Positions 42,269-53,237 of a DNA stretch of 64,000 nt are shown piece by piece. A program made the position numbers and the translations under genes. How positions within the stretch are numbered: position 1 is the first letter of the stretch; every line of letters starts with the position of its first letter. Source of the DNA: a virus (Duplodnaviria; Caudoviricetes); IMG/VR virus record IMGVR_UViG_3300005611_000002, positions 32,001-96,000 of that record. The stretch is one strand, 5' to 3'. The notes under the pieces were generated by a model. The model had not been told where the DNA came from and did no database searches. It saw only the letters and a program-made list of their open reading frames with translations.

Positions 42269-42944
42269 GGAGAAACAAATGATCTTTTCGCTTTTTGACA
42301 ACGAGTTCGATCTTCCACTCAATGTCTTGATCTGGCTCTTTCTTTCCACATTCTATCCTTCAATCTTCTTTGCACTCTATGCTCCGGGTTATATAAAAGG
42401 ACCTCAAAATGACTGAAGAAAAATATGTAATCGTCACGGCAATCAGTAGTTATCGTATCCGCTACTGTATTCCGGTAAGCGATCTTCAAAAGATGAATCC
42501 TGGTGCTGCTGTCGATCCTGAAGAATGGGCAATGGACTCCGTTGCAATGAATGAAGTAGATGAGTTTTCGCAAGAGTGGCTTGGTGAACAAATTCTAGAT
42601 GCTCGAGAAGTAACAGAAAAAGAAATGCTGGCTCTGTTTGACAAGGAAAATAAATACCTAGAGAGTTGGTTAACGGAGAAAAAACTTGAGCATGTCAAAA
42701 ACTGGAAAGCACCTAGCTAAGTATATTGAACGGCTTGGTATCGCACTGTCGGTACTGCTCAATGTCTTACTCGGAGGATCAAGTAATCAAACATTTTCCG
42801 CAAGAAACTGGGGTTGGAAGATACAAGGGTATCCCAACCTCGTTTGGTTTATAGACTGGTGCGCAAGCTGGTACGAAGATAATCACTGTAAGAGAAGCTG
42901 GGACTTTTGGTTCAACATAATCAAGAAATACGGAGAAACTAGAT

Positions 42945-43202
42945 ATGAGCATGATCAGAATTTACGGGAAAAATAACTGCCATTGGTGTAATCAGGCTAA
43001 GGACCTAGTTTCGCGCTACGGTTTTCGACATGAATACTTTGACATCGGTCAAAAAAAATATTATGACGAGCTAAAAGAAGCGGTTCCAGACGTCAAGAGT
43101 GTACCCCAGATTTTCTGGCACGATCGTTATATCGGTGGATACAATGAACTTGTAAGTGAGATTGAAAACACGATTGGAGGCTTCGGAGACCAACTTTTCT
43201 AG
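42945..43202 (+). CDS. Glutaredoxin
   Basis: CHWC; SVPQIF; IGGYNEL. Confidence 0.92.
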   Translation: MSMIRIYGKNNCHWCNQAKDLVSRYGFRHEYFDIGQKKYYDELKEAVPDVKSVPQIFWHDRYIGGYNELVSEIENTIGGFGDQLF

Positions 43203-43875
43203 TTGACATCGCCGATCTAATATGATATGATCATATCAACACCAACTGGAGAATGACATGAATCAAGAATCTTTCGAAAAAACTATTGTAGGTATGATGG
43301 CAGAGTACGACATCACCATGTTTGATGCTCTTCTGTGGGACTTTGAAACATTCCTCCTTGACGACGCTGAAAAATTATATACCAAGTCTGGTGCAGCAAT
43401 GCTAGAAAACAGGTTTCGAAAATACCTAACTGATAGTGGTGTATCTTTTGAACGGAAAGATTTTTATGCTGACATCTTTATGGGTCGTTCTGCTAATATG
43501 GGGTTGAGTATCAATGCCAAGACAAAAAATTAGTAAAGTCCAAAAGTTACAAGCCGCAAAAGAAGAACATGAAAAATGGCTTGCATCTATGGGTTACAAG
43601 GGCGGTAAGTCTCTTCGCGGTAAATATGGTCGTCGGCAGGGCGTGCATGATCTACCTAACTTGAGAGAAGGTCTACGAGCCATGCCACCGACAAGCGATC
43701 GAGTTGCTGGTAATGGAAACAAGAAAGAATCACAAAAGTATACTGGGAATGAAATTGCTGGTATTGTCACGACGCACAAGTCAAATCTAATGCCAGTGCG
43801 CAAGGATAATAAGAAGGCGTTGGTTGATGCCGCGCAAATGCGGAGAAACTGAATAAATACTTCCAAAAGGGAGTA

Positions 43876-44316
43876 TTGTTCGTGTGGATTTATAATGGCG
43901 AAGAATTTACAAGTGAGATGATCGGTGACTATACGGGCTTTGTTTATATCATTACGAACAAGTCCAACGATAAAAAGTACATCGGTAAAAAGATCTTCAA
44001 GTCAAAACGAAAGTTACCTCCGCTGAAAGGTAAAACGCGCCGAAGAACAAAGATAGTCGAGTCAGACTGGCAGGATTACTTTGGATCTTCAGAAGAGGTT
44101 AAGAATCTTGTAGAGGAAACCGGACGTGACAATTTTTACCGCGAGATACTTCACTTGTGCAAAACAAAAGGAGAGATGTCTTACTTAGAATTGAAGGAAC
44201 AGATCGACCGTCACGCACTACTTGATGATAACTATTACAACGGAATTGTACAGGCAAAAATTCATCGTAGCCACGTACAAAGCCTAAAAGAACGGTTGAC
44301 AAATCAAACCAATTGA
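43876..44316 (+). CDS. Short GIY-YIG nuclease conserved in T4-like phages
   Basis: GFVYIITN...KYIGKK...ESDWQDYFGSS...YYNG. Confidence 0.8.
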   Translation: MFVWIYNGEEFTSEMIGDYTGFVYIITNKSNDKKYIGKKIFKSKRKLPPLKGKTRRRTKIVESDWQDYFGSSEEVKNLVEETGRDNFYREILHLCKTKGEMSYLELKEQIDRHALLDDNYYNGIVQAKIHRSHVQSLKERLTNQTN

Positions 44317-44595
44317 TATAGTATAAACTATATGAACATAATGGAGACAAGACATGCTGATCAAACGTAAAAGCGTAATCACTGGTATCGAACGCACTCG
44401 TGATATTCCCGTCAATCCTGACGATATGATTGCCTGGGAAACTGGGTCTTGCAATATTCAAGACGTCATGCCTTACCTGAATGATAACGACCGCGAGTTC
44501 ATTCTTTCTGGTATTACTGCCGAAGAATGGGACAGCGCTTTTTCCGAGGAGATTGAAGATATTATTTCGGATGAAATGGATGACGAGGTTGCGTT

Positions 44596-45243
44596 TTGAT
44601 CATTATCTTCAACGGTCCTCCGGGTACTGGTAAGGACGAAGCCGCAAATTTTTTTGAAGCTCGCGGCTTCACACACCTCAGTTTCAAAAAAGTACTTTTT
44701 AGAGAAACCATTGAACACTTCGGCGTATCTGAACAATGGTTTATGAAAGACTACCACAATCGAGAAGTAAAAGAAAGTCCAGAAAAATCTTTGCAGGGTT
44801 TGTCAAGACGTGAAGCACTTATTCATGTATCTGAAGAAATTATCAAACCCATCGAAGGTCCTGATTTCTTTGGTAGATGTGTTGCAGCAGAGATGCAAAG
44901 TGGATGTGATTATGCAGTCTCAGATGGTGGCTTTATCGAGGAATTGACTCCAATTATAAATACAATTGGAGCTGATAATATTGTTTTGGTTCAGCTCACT
45001 CGAGATGGTTGTGACTACTCTTCTGACTCTCGTCGTTATTTTGATGGCAATGTCATAGAAGAATATGTTTTAGATCACAAGACGCCAATCAACGAAAAAC
45101 ACGTTCTTTCACATAAGTTTTTCATTCGAACATATCGTATTCATAACAACAGCACTCTCGAAGACTTTCACGGCGTCCTTCAAAAAATTTATCAAAAAGA
45201 AAAGGCACTGGATGGAACAGAAAAGAAAGGAAAAGCTGCATAG
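44596..45243 (+). CDS. Deoxynucleoside monophosphate kinase (T4 gp1-like)
   Basis: NGPPGTGKD; SRREALIHVSE; SDGGFIEE; IHNNSTLEDF. Confidence 0.8.
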   Translation: MIIIFNGPPGTGKDEAANFFEARGFTHLSFKKVLFRETIEHFGVSEQWFMKDYHNREVKESPEKSLQGLSRREALIHVSEEIIKPIEGPDFFGRCVAAEMQSGCDYAVSDGGFIEELTPIINTIGADNIVLVQLTRDGCDYSSDSRRYFDGNVIEEYVLDHKTPINEKHVLSHKFFIRTYRIHNNSTLEDFHGVLQKIYQKEKALDGTEKKGKAA

Positions 45244-45725
45244 CCGAATACTTCTCGAAAACCCATATGACATCGAAACCGTGTTGGAGTCTCTTACAAT
45301 AGCATCACGATCTGGTAAAGAGATTCATTTCATGGATAAGTTTGTAAATCAAATACGAAAAGAACCCCAAAGTGACACAACAGAAGTAAGTTACAAGATA
45401 CTTCAAGACCTCAATCTACTCTAAAGGAGAACTATATTATGGCAAAAGGTAAAGTCGGTAAAAGCAAAGGCTTTATTTCTCAGGGTACGCATCGCAATGT
45501 AAGCAAATCGACTCTTCGTGCTGTACGAGCTTCAAAGTCCGAAGCAGAAAAAATGCTTGATAAGCAAAAAGCTTGGCTGAAGGGACAAAACCCTTGGGTA
45601 ACAATTGATAATCCGAACAAGGAAGAAACCAATAAGCGCCGCATTCGTGTCCGTATGAATGACCTGATGAAAGGTTCCGCTAAGGAACGTGAAAAACATA
45701 TGTTCAAAATGAAGTGAGAAATATC

Positions 45726-46001
45726 ATGGAAAAAGTAGTACTCAGCAAAAAAGATGTTGATAGCATCAAGAAGCAACTCCACGAAAAGGTCTGTAAAGTA
45801 GTTTTCACGAAGGTGAATGGAGAGACTCGCGTTATGCACTGTACTCTCAATCCCGATATGCTACCGCAAGAAGAAAACGAATCAACTAGAACGAAAAAAG
45901 AAAACGATAACGTACAAGCAGTGTACGATGTAGAAGCAAAGGGTTGGCGGTCTTTTCGATGGGACTCATTGACTAGCTTTTCTACGGAGTTCAACGCATG
46001 A
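45726..46001 (+). CDS. WYL_2/SH3-like small protein
   Basis: VVFTKVNGETRVMHCTL...VYDVEAKGWRSFR. Confidence 0.75.
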   Translation: MEKVVLSKKDVDSIKKQLHEKVCKVVFTKVNGETRVMHCTLNPDMLPQEENESTRTKKENDNVQAVYDVEAKGWRSFRWDSLTSFSTEFNA

Positions 46002-46948
46002 GTTGCATCTATAAAGGTAAAGTTGTAAATAGTGAATTGTCAAAGAATGCTCGCGGTGGCACAGAAATGATGCGACAGCGAGCACTTGATAACGTGGATA
46101 AGCAATCACTTGAAAAAGTAGCAATTCATCTATCGAGGCCTCGTGAACTATACGACGACGTAAAGAACATCTTGTGGTGCCATGACCTTGCAGGCGATCC
46201 AGAAAACAAAATTCTGCGTGATGAAGGTTGGGCTAAGTTTGATCACTTTGTATTCGTGAGCCAGTGGCAACGAGATACATACGTAATGGCTTATGGTATT
46301 CCATATTCGAAGTGTACTGTGATTCCCAACGCTATCGAACACGAATATGCTCCGAAGCAAAAAGATATGGAGACAATTAGATTCATTTATCATACAACTC
46401 CTCATCGTGGTCTTGAACTTGTTTATCCAATCTTTGATGTACTCTCGAAGGAATTTGATAACATTCATCTTGACGTGTATTCGTCCTTTGAGATTTACGG
46501 TTGGAAGCAAAGAGATAAACCGTACGAGAAACTATTTGAAAACATCAAATCGCATCCTTCTATGACTTATCACGGGAGCGTATCAAACGAAAAAGTGCTG
46601 AAAGCTCTCGAAAAGAGTCACATCTTTATGTATCCTTGCATCTGGCAAGAAACGTCCTGTATTGCTCTCATTGAAGCAATTCGTAACGGTCTAATCTGTA
46701 TCCATCCAAACTACGGTGCTCTCTTAGAAACATCAGATGGAGCTACACTCGTATATGACTATACTGAAAACGCACAAGAGCACGCAAATATCTGCTACAC
46801 ACTTACAAAAAATGTTTTGAATGTGATAACTCAGGATCCAAACTTTTTTGCGAATTACACTCAGTCTGATAGATATGCGCTTCCTCGTAGCGGTATAAAT
46901 AACTTTACACAAAGTTGGAATGGCGTATTGAGAAAACTAAATGACTGA
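45998..46948 (+). CDS. Glycosyltransferase (GT4/GT-B fold)
   Basis: GGTE; WCHD; VIPNAI; TPHRGL; YPCIWQETSCIALIEA. Confidence 0.88.
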   Translation: MSCIYKGKVVNSELSKNARGGTEMMRQRALDNVDKQSLEKVAIHLSRPRELYDDVKNILWCHDLAGDPENKILRDEGWAKFDHFVFVSQWQRDTYVMAYGIPYSKCTVIPNAIEHEYAPKQKDMETIRFIYHTTPHRGLELVYPIFDVLSKEFDNIHLDVYSSFEIYGWKQRDKPYEKLFENIKSHPSMTYHGSVSNEKVLKALEKSHIFMYPCIWQETSCIALIEAIRNGLICIHPNYGALLETSDGATLVYDYTENAQEHANICYTLTKNVLNVITQDPNFFANYTQSDRYALPRSGINNFTQSWNGVLRKLND

Positions 46949-47315
46949 GAATAATGTAATTACATTTCCCAAAATGAAGCTTGATTCTCCTCCGCAGTCT
47001 CCGGAAGAATTAGCTCAAAAGCTTGCAGAGTATAAGACTAGTTTTGCTGATGATATTTCAGAGTTCTTGTGGAATCATGTATTGACTGAGATGGTCCGAG
47101 CCGGTTGTCGATTTGATGCGGAAGCAGAAGAATACTACCCTTCGATCATTCTTCTTTTAGAAGCGATTCGTTCTCTTTATCTTCATGCTCAAGGTATAGA
47201 GCATCCATTACAGGAATTCGCAGCGGAATTTATTGACCTCGATGATGAAGAATCGGTTGACAAATCAGAAGAAGAATGATACTATATCTATATAAAATAA
47301 TTATGGAAACCTGAA

Positions 47316-48173
47316 ATGCTACTCATAGACTATAACCAAGTCATGCTCGCTTCTCTGTTTGCTAGCATTGGCAACCACCACAACATTGACGTAGATGAAA
47401 ATCTGATTCGTCACATGTTTCTCAACTCTCTTCGTTCAAATCGAAAAAAGTTCACTGAACAGTTTGGCGAAGTCGTAATCTGCGCTGATGGTATCAACAG
47501 CTGGCGCAAAGAAGTTTATCCCTATTACAAAGCAAACCGTAAAAAGTCTCGTGACGAGTCTGAACTCGATTGGAATGAACTTTTCCGAATTATCAACACA
47601 ATTCGCGATGAACTGAAAGAATTCTTTCCTTACAAAGTTATTCACCTCGATCGCTGTGAAGCAGATGATGTCATTGGTACTATTGTTCACGTGTTTGGAA
47701 CAGAACTCAATATTGGCGCCGAACAGATGTTGATCTTGTCTGGTGACAAAGACTACATCCAACTTCACAAATACGCAAATGTTCAACAGTTCGATCCGGT
47801 TCGTAAGAAGTGGGTCAAGAATGCAAATCCAGAAAAGTACCTCGTCGAACACGTACTTCGAGGTGATGTTGGTGACGGTGTACCAAATATTCTTTCACCC
47901 GACAACTGCCTTGCGGTAGGCCAGCGTCAAAAGCCAATGACGAGCAAGCGCCTTGAAATGTACTCGAAGGGTACGAATGAAATGGATGAAGAAACACTTC
48001 GTCGCTATCATCGTAATCGCACAGTCATTGATCTAGGTGAAATCCCCGAAAAATACAAGACACAAATTCTCGAAGAGTTCAACAAAGAAAAGGAAGTTGG
48101 TCGTGGTCAACTGATGAACTTCTTTATGAAAAAGAAACTCAAAAACCTCCTTACAGATATACAGGACTTCTAA
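47316..48173 (+). CDS. rnh: T4-like RNase H (5'-3' exonuclease)
   Basis: SWRKEVYPYYKANR; EADDVIG; LSGDKDYIQL; GDVGDGVPN. Confidence 0.95.
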   Translation: MLLIDYNQVMLASLFASIGNHHNIDVDENLIRHMFLNSLRSNRKKFTEQFGEVVICADGINSWRKEVYPYYKANRKKSRDESELDWNELFRIINTIRDELKEFFPYKVIHLDRCEADDVIGTIVHVFGTELNIGAEQMLILSGDKDYIQLHKYANVQQFDPVRKKWVKNANPEKYLVEHVLRGDVGDGVPNILSPDNCLAVGQRQKPMTSKRLEMYSKGTNEMDEETLRRYHRNRTVIDLGEIPEKYKTQILEEFNKEKEVGRGQLMNFFMKKKLKNLLTDIQDF

Positions 48174-48592
48174 TGAAACTTTCACTGTCAGAAATTATCA
48201 ATAAAGCCACTGAACTGAAGAATAAGAAAGAAAAGGTAGATTGGCTACGTTCCAATGCATCCATTCCTTTACAGACTATTCTAAAGTACACATACGATAA
48301 GGATAACGTCAAGTTCTTGATACCACAAATACCACCGCCTTGGAAAAAGAACGGTTATGTAGGTGTTGAAGGTATGTTATACAAAGAAACAAGACGACTT
48401 CGCATCTTTATTGAAGGTGGTGGTTATGATAATTTGAATCAAGTCAAGCGTGAAAATCTATTCATCAGCTTGTTGGAAGATGTTGATGATAATGATGCAG
48501 AGTTGCTCGTTCAGATGATTCAACAGAAGCCACTCAAGGGTCTACCCAAGAGTGTAGTAGAAGAAGCATTTCCTGGTTTGGTTGGTAAGTAA
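48173..48592 (+). CDS. Conserved T4-like hypothetical protein downstream of rnh
   Basis: KRENLFISLLE...VEEAFP family motif. Confidence 0.65.
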   Translation: MKLSLSEIINKATELKNKKEKVDWLRSNASIPLQTILKYTYDKDNVKFLIPQIPPPWKKNGYVGVEGMLYKETRRLRIFIEGGGYDNLNQVKRENLFISLLEDVDDNDAELLVQMIQQKPLKGLPKSVVEEAFPGLVGK

Positions 48593-48601
48593 GAGGAAAA
48601 A

Positions 48602-48772
48602 ATGGCCAAGTCGTTCAAAAAGTTCCGCGAAGAGTGGGAAGATGATGAATGGAGTGATGACGATGATCACCGCCGAAAAGAAAAGCGAATGGAAAAGCGC
48701 CGCGCGAAGCGTCGAACTAAGGTTCAAGAAAAAAATTCAGCATTTTATAATGCTGACGAACAAGACAGTTGA
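48602..48772 (+). CDS. Small charged protein (56 aa, absent from the ORF track)
   Basis: MAKSFKKFREEWEDDEW...; GAGG RBS. Confidence 0.6.
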   Translation: MAKSFKKFREEWEDDEWSDDDDHRRKEKRMEKRRAKRRTKVQEKNSAFYNADEQDS

Positions 48773-49035
48773 CAAATGTAAAGAATCGGTATAGTATCAT
48801 AATAGGTAATACGAAAGGAACCTATCATGAACCGTGAATTTACCATCACCGCCCCGAAAACCTACAAAACCGCAGCTAATGCACGCCGTGCAGTTGAAAA
48901 AGCAGGCTGTGCAGGCTTTCGGCATTTTATGATGACTAATGAAGAAGGTCGTTTCTTCCCAGTGTTCGTTGGCCAAGAAGCTGTTCAGAATGGCGTTCAC
49001 TTTCACTTCAATGTAGTTGGATAAGGAGATACAAT

Positions 49036-49617
49036 ATGAAACTGAGTGACAAACTAATTCTGGTAGACTGTGACGGTGTTCTGCTTGACTGGAAATACGG
49101 CTTCTTTCGCTGGATGCGCGAACGTGGGTTTGAACCAGTACAAACTGGTGAATACGATATTGCAACAACATTTGATATTCCAAAGGATCGAGCAAAAGAA
49201 CTCGTTCGGCATTTCAATGAGTCTGCTGCCATCGGCTGGCTACCTCAATTTCGCGATGCTGTAAAGTATGTTCGAAAGCTGCACGAAGATCACGGTTTCA
49301 TCTTTCACTGCATTACTTCATTGAGTACTGACACCTATGCTGGAAAACTTCGTGTCAAGAACCTTGAAGCTCTCTTTGGTAAGACTGTATTCGAAAAGGT
49401 CGAGTGTCTTGAGTGTGGAGCTGATAAAGATGAAGCACTTCTTCCCTACGCAGATAGCGGATGCGTTTGGGTGGAAGATAAGCCAGACAATGCGCTCGCA
49501 GGCCAAAAGATTGGTCTCAATTCTCTGCTCATTGCACACGACTTCAATGAAGATTTTGATCACCCTTCGATCACAAAAGTGCAAAATTGGCGCGAAATTC
49601 ACGACATGCTTGTATAA
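49036..49617 (+). CDS. HAD 5'(3')-deoxyribonucleotidase-like protein (T4 30.2-like)
   Basis: LVDCDGVLLDW; WVEDKPDN. Confidence 0.85.
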   Translation: MKLSDKLILVDCDGVLLDWKYGFFRWMRERGFEPVQTGEYDIATTFDIPKDRAKELVRHFNESAAIGWLPQFRDAVKYVRKLHEDHGFIFHCITSLSTDTYAGKLRVKNLEALFGKTVFEKVECLECGADKDEALLPYADSGCVWVEDKPDNALAGQKIGLNSLLIAHDFNEDFDHPSITKVQNWREIHDMLV

Positions 49618-49650
49618 ATAAAAACAAGCAGATCTATATGATGTATTGAT

Positions 49651-49677
49651 GGCGGTCTGCTCTGCAGCCGCCTTTTT
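49651..49677 (+). terminator. Intrinsic terminator-like hairpin
   Basis: GGCGG(T)CTGC-TCT-GCAGCCGCC followed by TTTTT. Confidence 0.65.
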
Positions 49678-49691
49678 GTAAAGGAGAATCA

Positions 49692-49925
49692 ATGCCTACG
49701 TATTCGTTTCGAGACGAAAACACGAAAGAAGAATTTGAAAAGTCGATGAGTAACTCTGACCGAGAGTTATTCCTCGAAGAAAATCCTCATATCAAGCAAA
49801 TTTTCAAGAGGTTTCCGGGAACCGTTGACCCGGTTCGTGTTGGTGTCAAAAGACCCGACGACAGTTTTCGTGATGTTCTCAAAAAAGCAACCGTGCATAA
49901 GCACAATACAATCAATACATGGTGA
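49692..49925 (+). CDS. FmdB-like regulatory protein (Cys-less variant)
   Basis: MPTYSF...FEKSM...FLEENP; usual position upstream of phoH. Confidence 0.6.
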   Translation: MPTYSFRDENTKEEFEKSMSNSDRELFLEENPHIKQIFKRFPGTVDPVRVGVKRPDDSFRDVLKKATVHKHNTINTW

Positions 49926-50004
49926 TTCAATGTTGTGCTTTCACAAATAACCAATAAACGGCTTCTTAACAATTTCGACTGAGGTCGTTTTAGAAGGAGG
50001 TTTC

Positions 50005-50754
50005 ATGGCTAAACAACGCAGACTATCCCGCAAGGAAAGACGTAGACAGGAAAGAGATACGGATCATATGGTCAATATTCTAAACACAAAGTTTGGAATG
50101 AGACAGATCAAACCACTTACTCCAACTCAATCCGAATTGTTCAACTCTTATCGACAAGGATATAATCTAGCGGCCATCGGAACAGCAGGTACAGGAAAAA
50201 CAATGTGCGCTACATACCTAGCGTTACAGGACGTACTAGAGAAAGGAGAGTATGAGAGAATCGTCATCATTCGATCTGCAGTTCAGACGCGCGAACAGGG
50301 TTTCGTCCCAGGCACTTTACCACAAAAGGAAGCAATTTTCGAAGCACCTTACGTAGATATTGTAAACGATCTATTTGGAAGAGGCGATGCCTATCAAATA
50401 CTCAAGCAAAAAGGTATGATACATTTTACGACTTCATCGAATATTCGAGGTCTCACCTTTGATAACTCAGTAATCATTGTAGACGAATGTCAGTCTATGA
50501 CGTATCATGAACTCGACACTATCATTACTCGAGTAGGAGAATCTTCTAAGATTGTATTCTGTGGAGACACTCGCCAGGATGATCTAAAACAATCAAGGAA
50601 TAAAGCAGACATCTCAGGCCTTTCTAATTTCCTGAAAGTACTCAGTTCAATACCGTCTTTTGAAGTAGTTGAGTTTGGAATTGATGACATCGTTCGCTCA
50701 GGACTCGTGAAAGAATATATAATAGCAAAAGAGCAATTATTAGAAGTAGCATAA
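50005..50754 (+). CDS. phoH: PhoH-like ATPase
   Basis: GTAGTGKT; GFVPG; RGLTFD..IIVDECQ; CGDTRQDD; DIVRSGLV. Confidence 0.95.
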   Translation: MAKQRRLSRKERRRQERDTDHMVNILNTKFGMRQIKPLTPTQSELFNSYRQGYNLAAIGTAGTGKTMCATYLALQDVLEKGEYERIVIIRSAVQTREQGFVPGTLPQKEAIFEAPYVDIVNDLFGRGDAYQILKQKGMIHFTTSSNIRGLTFDNSVIIVDECQSMTYHELDTIITRVGESSKIVFCGDTRQDDLKQSRNKADISGLSNFLKVLSSIPSFEVVEFGIDDIVRSGLVKEYIIAKEQLLEVA

Positions 50755-51285
50755 ATGGCGTATGTCGTAAGTTATGAAATAGAAAATTCTAATACTATAT
50801 TCGAGTCTCCGGCAAATGAGCCGGAGACTCAGTTTCCTAGTATCAGATCAACCAGTGATTATACATTCAACGTAACTTTCAACGTATTTGATGATGTAGC
50901 AAATGCAGACGTTGTGGTATTGAGTTCAAATGTTTCAGTTGCTAATACCACAGCAAATGTAAGTATTACATCCACTTCAAACAATTCAGTTCAAATCACG
51001 GTAGAACAGATTGGACCAATTGAACCAGAAATTGATTTGTACAGATTTATAAGCTTTGCAGAAGATTTTGGAAGCTTTGATATAGAACTTAAGACGGCAA
51101 ATAATGCTACGGAAGAAGACTCTGTCATAGAATGGGCAATTACAAGCGAAGTAATTGAATACAAAGTTTCATTAGCAACAGAAGCAAATAGCGTAGTGTC
51201 GACATACGAACAAGACTATCTTTTCCCAAATCTTACGTTAGACACCACTATTCTTTTAGATCTAGTTTCAAGGAGTAAATACTAA
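50755..51285 (+). CDS. Putative virion/baseplate protein
   Basis: Acidic, S/T/N/V-rich beta-type composition; coupled to the PAAR gene. Confidence 0.45.
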   Translation: MAYVVSYEIENSNTIFESPANEPETQFPSIRSTSDYTFNVTFNVFDDVANADVVVLSSNVSVANTTANVSITSTSNNSVQITVEQIGPIEPEIDLYRFISFAEDFGSFDIELKTANNATEEDSVIEWAITSEVIEYKVSLATEANSVVSTYEQDYLFPNLTLDTTILLDLVSRSKY

Positions 51286-51593
51286 TGCCAGCGGTAGCAG
51301 TATGCACAGTAGACAAAATATCAACCGGTCATCCATGCACAGTGGTTGCTGGCATAAAAGGAGCTTTGCAGGATAAAGTAACGATAGGCGGAAAACCGGT
51401 TGCAATCGTAGGAGACGTTATAGCACCGCATACGATCCTTGTTCCTATTCCTGCATGCATACCTCACTCTGCTGTAGTAAATGCTGGTTCAAGTAAAGTT
51501 TCCATTGGAGGAATTCCAGTTGCTAGAATAGGAGACTCGGCTGATATGGGCGCAATTATTTCAGGATCATCAAAAATATTTGCTGGCGGCTAA
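51285..51593 (+). CDS. PAAR spike-tip protein (T4 gp5.4-like)
   Basis: PVAIVGD, GSSKVSIGGIPVARIGD, GSSKIFAG. Confidence 0.9.
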   Translation: MPAVAVCTVDKISTGHPCTVVAGIKGALQDKVTIGGKPVAIVGDVIAPHTILVPIPACIPHSAVVNAGSSKVSIGGIPVARIGDSADMGAIISGSSKIFAGG

Positions 51594-51607
51594 CTAAGGA
51601 TTATATT

Positions 51608-52279
51608 ATGTTTCATCATGTAGACCATGGAATTGTTTTACCGAAGATCACTCGTAAGAATACTGAAGTAGGAAGAAAATACTTCACGCCAGAAGGTAAC
51701 GCATATCCTTCTATCACAACTGTGTTGTCTATTCTCGGAAAGGACGCGATCCAAGAATGGCGCAATCGAGTAGGAGAGGAAGAAGCAAATCGTGTTTCTG
51801 CATTTGCTTCGAAGCGAGGAACTGCAGTTCATAAGATTGCAGAAGACTATCTTAACAACGAACCAGATTACAAGAAAGGACACATGCCAACAAGCGTGGT
51901 GTCCTTCAATGGTATAAAGTCGATACTTGATGAGAGACTAAACAACATCTGGATGCAAGAGACTTTCCTGTATAGTGATAAGCTCAAGTGCGCAGGTCAA
52001 GTTGATTGTATTGCAGAATTTGATGGTGAACTCTCGATTATCGATTTCAAAACGTCTCGTAAGGAAAAGAAGAGATCTTGGATTAGAGGTTATGAAATGC
52101 AAACTTGCTTTTACGCCGCGGCGTTTTTAGAACGTACAGGCATTGCCATAAAAAATTATGCAATAATTATAACAGTAGATGAAGGAAATTCTCAAGTTTT
52201 CACTGGAAATACTTATGAGCCCTTTCATGATTTCTTATCATGTCGTCAAAAGTACGAAGAATATGTAAGATCTCTTTGA
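51608..52279 (+). CDS. PD-(D/E)XK exonuclease (Cas4/RecB-like) with a replaced C-terminus
   Basis: YPSITTVL; RGTAVH; AGQVDC; IIDFKTS; Q...Y. Confidence 0.88.
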   Translation: MFHHVDHGIVLPKITRKNTEVGRKYFTPEGNAYPSITTVLSILGKDAIQEWRNRVGEEEANRVSAFASKRGTAVHKIAEDYLNNEPDYKKGHMPTSVVSFNGIKSILDERLNNIWMQETFLYSDKLKCAGQVDCIAEFDGELSIIDFKTSRKEKKRSWIRGYEMQTCFYAAAFLERTGIAIKNYAIIITVDEGNSQVFTGNTYEPFHDFLSCRQKYEEYVRSL

Positions 52280-53153
52280 GCCATTTTGTATTTTTTTGAT
52301 ACCAACTCCGACCTAATGTGATACGATATTTTGCTAAATAAATTTTAATCTCCATCACTTCTTTTCTTTTTGATTTTAATTTTCTCGTTTGAATATAACA
52401 CCCAGTCGTTATTTCCGGTGCTTCCTTTGTGTATTTCACTTTACTAATATCTGTTTTAAGTTGATCAATAAGATTTCTTTTTTCTATTATCTCTATACTA
52501 ATTTCTTTACAATTATCAAAATGGTGTCTAGACATTGCAGATGCGGATCTTGCCTTTGCTTTTTTCCCGCAGTGTGGGCATATTATATCTGGTTTTGAAT
52601 CTATAGTTTGCTTTCTTTTTTCTATTTGTTTTTTTCTAGTATTTTCTGAAATTTTAGATTGTCCGTTTCTAAATTTTTCACATCTTTTTTCATATTCTTC
52701 TTTAGTATAAGATTTCCAAATTTTTTTGTGTGTTTTTCGTGACTTTTCTTTAGATTTTTCTGATATAACTCTTCCAGGATATGATCTAGATTTACTAGAT
52801 TTACTTATTAGTTCGCTTCTTCTTCTTTGTACGTCTTCAGGTAACTCACTTAGTAATGGAAACCCTCTATTGTGAGTTATGTTCAACCATTTATCTGATT
52901 TTGATACTTTTAATCTTCGAAGTACACATTCTTCCCAAATTAAAGCATCTTTATGATTATTAAATTTTTTGCGAATTTGTATTACGTCTGGTTCGCCATT
53001 GATTTCTCTAAATTCCTTTACGTGTTTTGATGAAGTAAAGTATTTGACCCACAGATCAGACGGATGACAATTTTTTGCATAGCGAACACCATAATACCAT
53101 TTATCATATTTTGTCCAACCGATAAGATACGTGTAGGGAGTATAAATAGACAT
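52200..53153 (-). mobile_element. Antisense GIY-YIG-like homing endonuclease with CPHC...HFDNCK motif
   Basis: YTYLIGW...WYYGVR...YFTSSK...WE..VL...WLN; AT-rich. Confidence 0.82.
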
Positions 53154-53232
53154 GAGCTGCGTTCCTTATTTTTAAATGCGTTAACGTAGAGTAGTTGGGA
53201 CTGGTACTCCGCGAACTACATTAATATTTATA
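53141..53232. ncRNA. Conserved HEG-leader structured element, copy 4
   Basis: Compensatory stem CTGCGTT/AACGTAG; GTAGTT-G-GGA/TCC-GCG-AACTAC; inverted TATAAATA ends. Confidence 0.7.
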
Positions 53233-53237
53233 ATTTT

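Noticed and set aside
43876-44316. A ninth mobile homing endonuclease
   Set aside because: Short, genome-typical composition, no DNA-binding tail, no leader element and no disrupted neighbour; more likely a resident nuclease.
51608-52279. Cas4 as part of a CRISPR system
   Set aside because: It is the stand-alone PD-(D/E)XK exonuclease usually found near phoH in T4-like phages; it lacks the four-Cys Fe-S pattern and any cas context.
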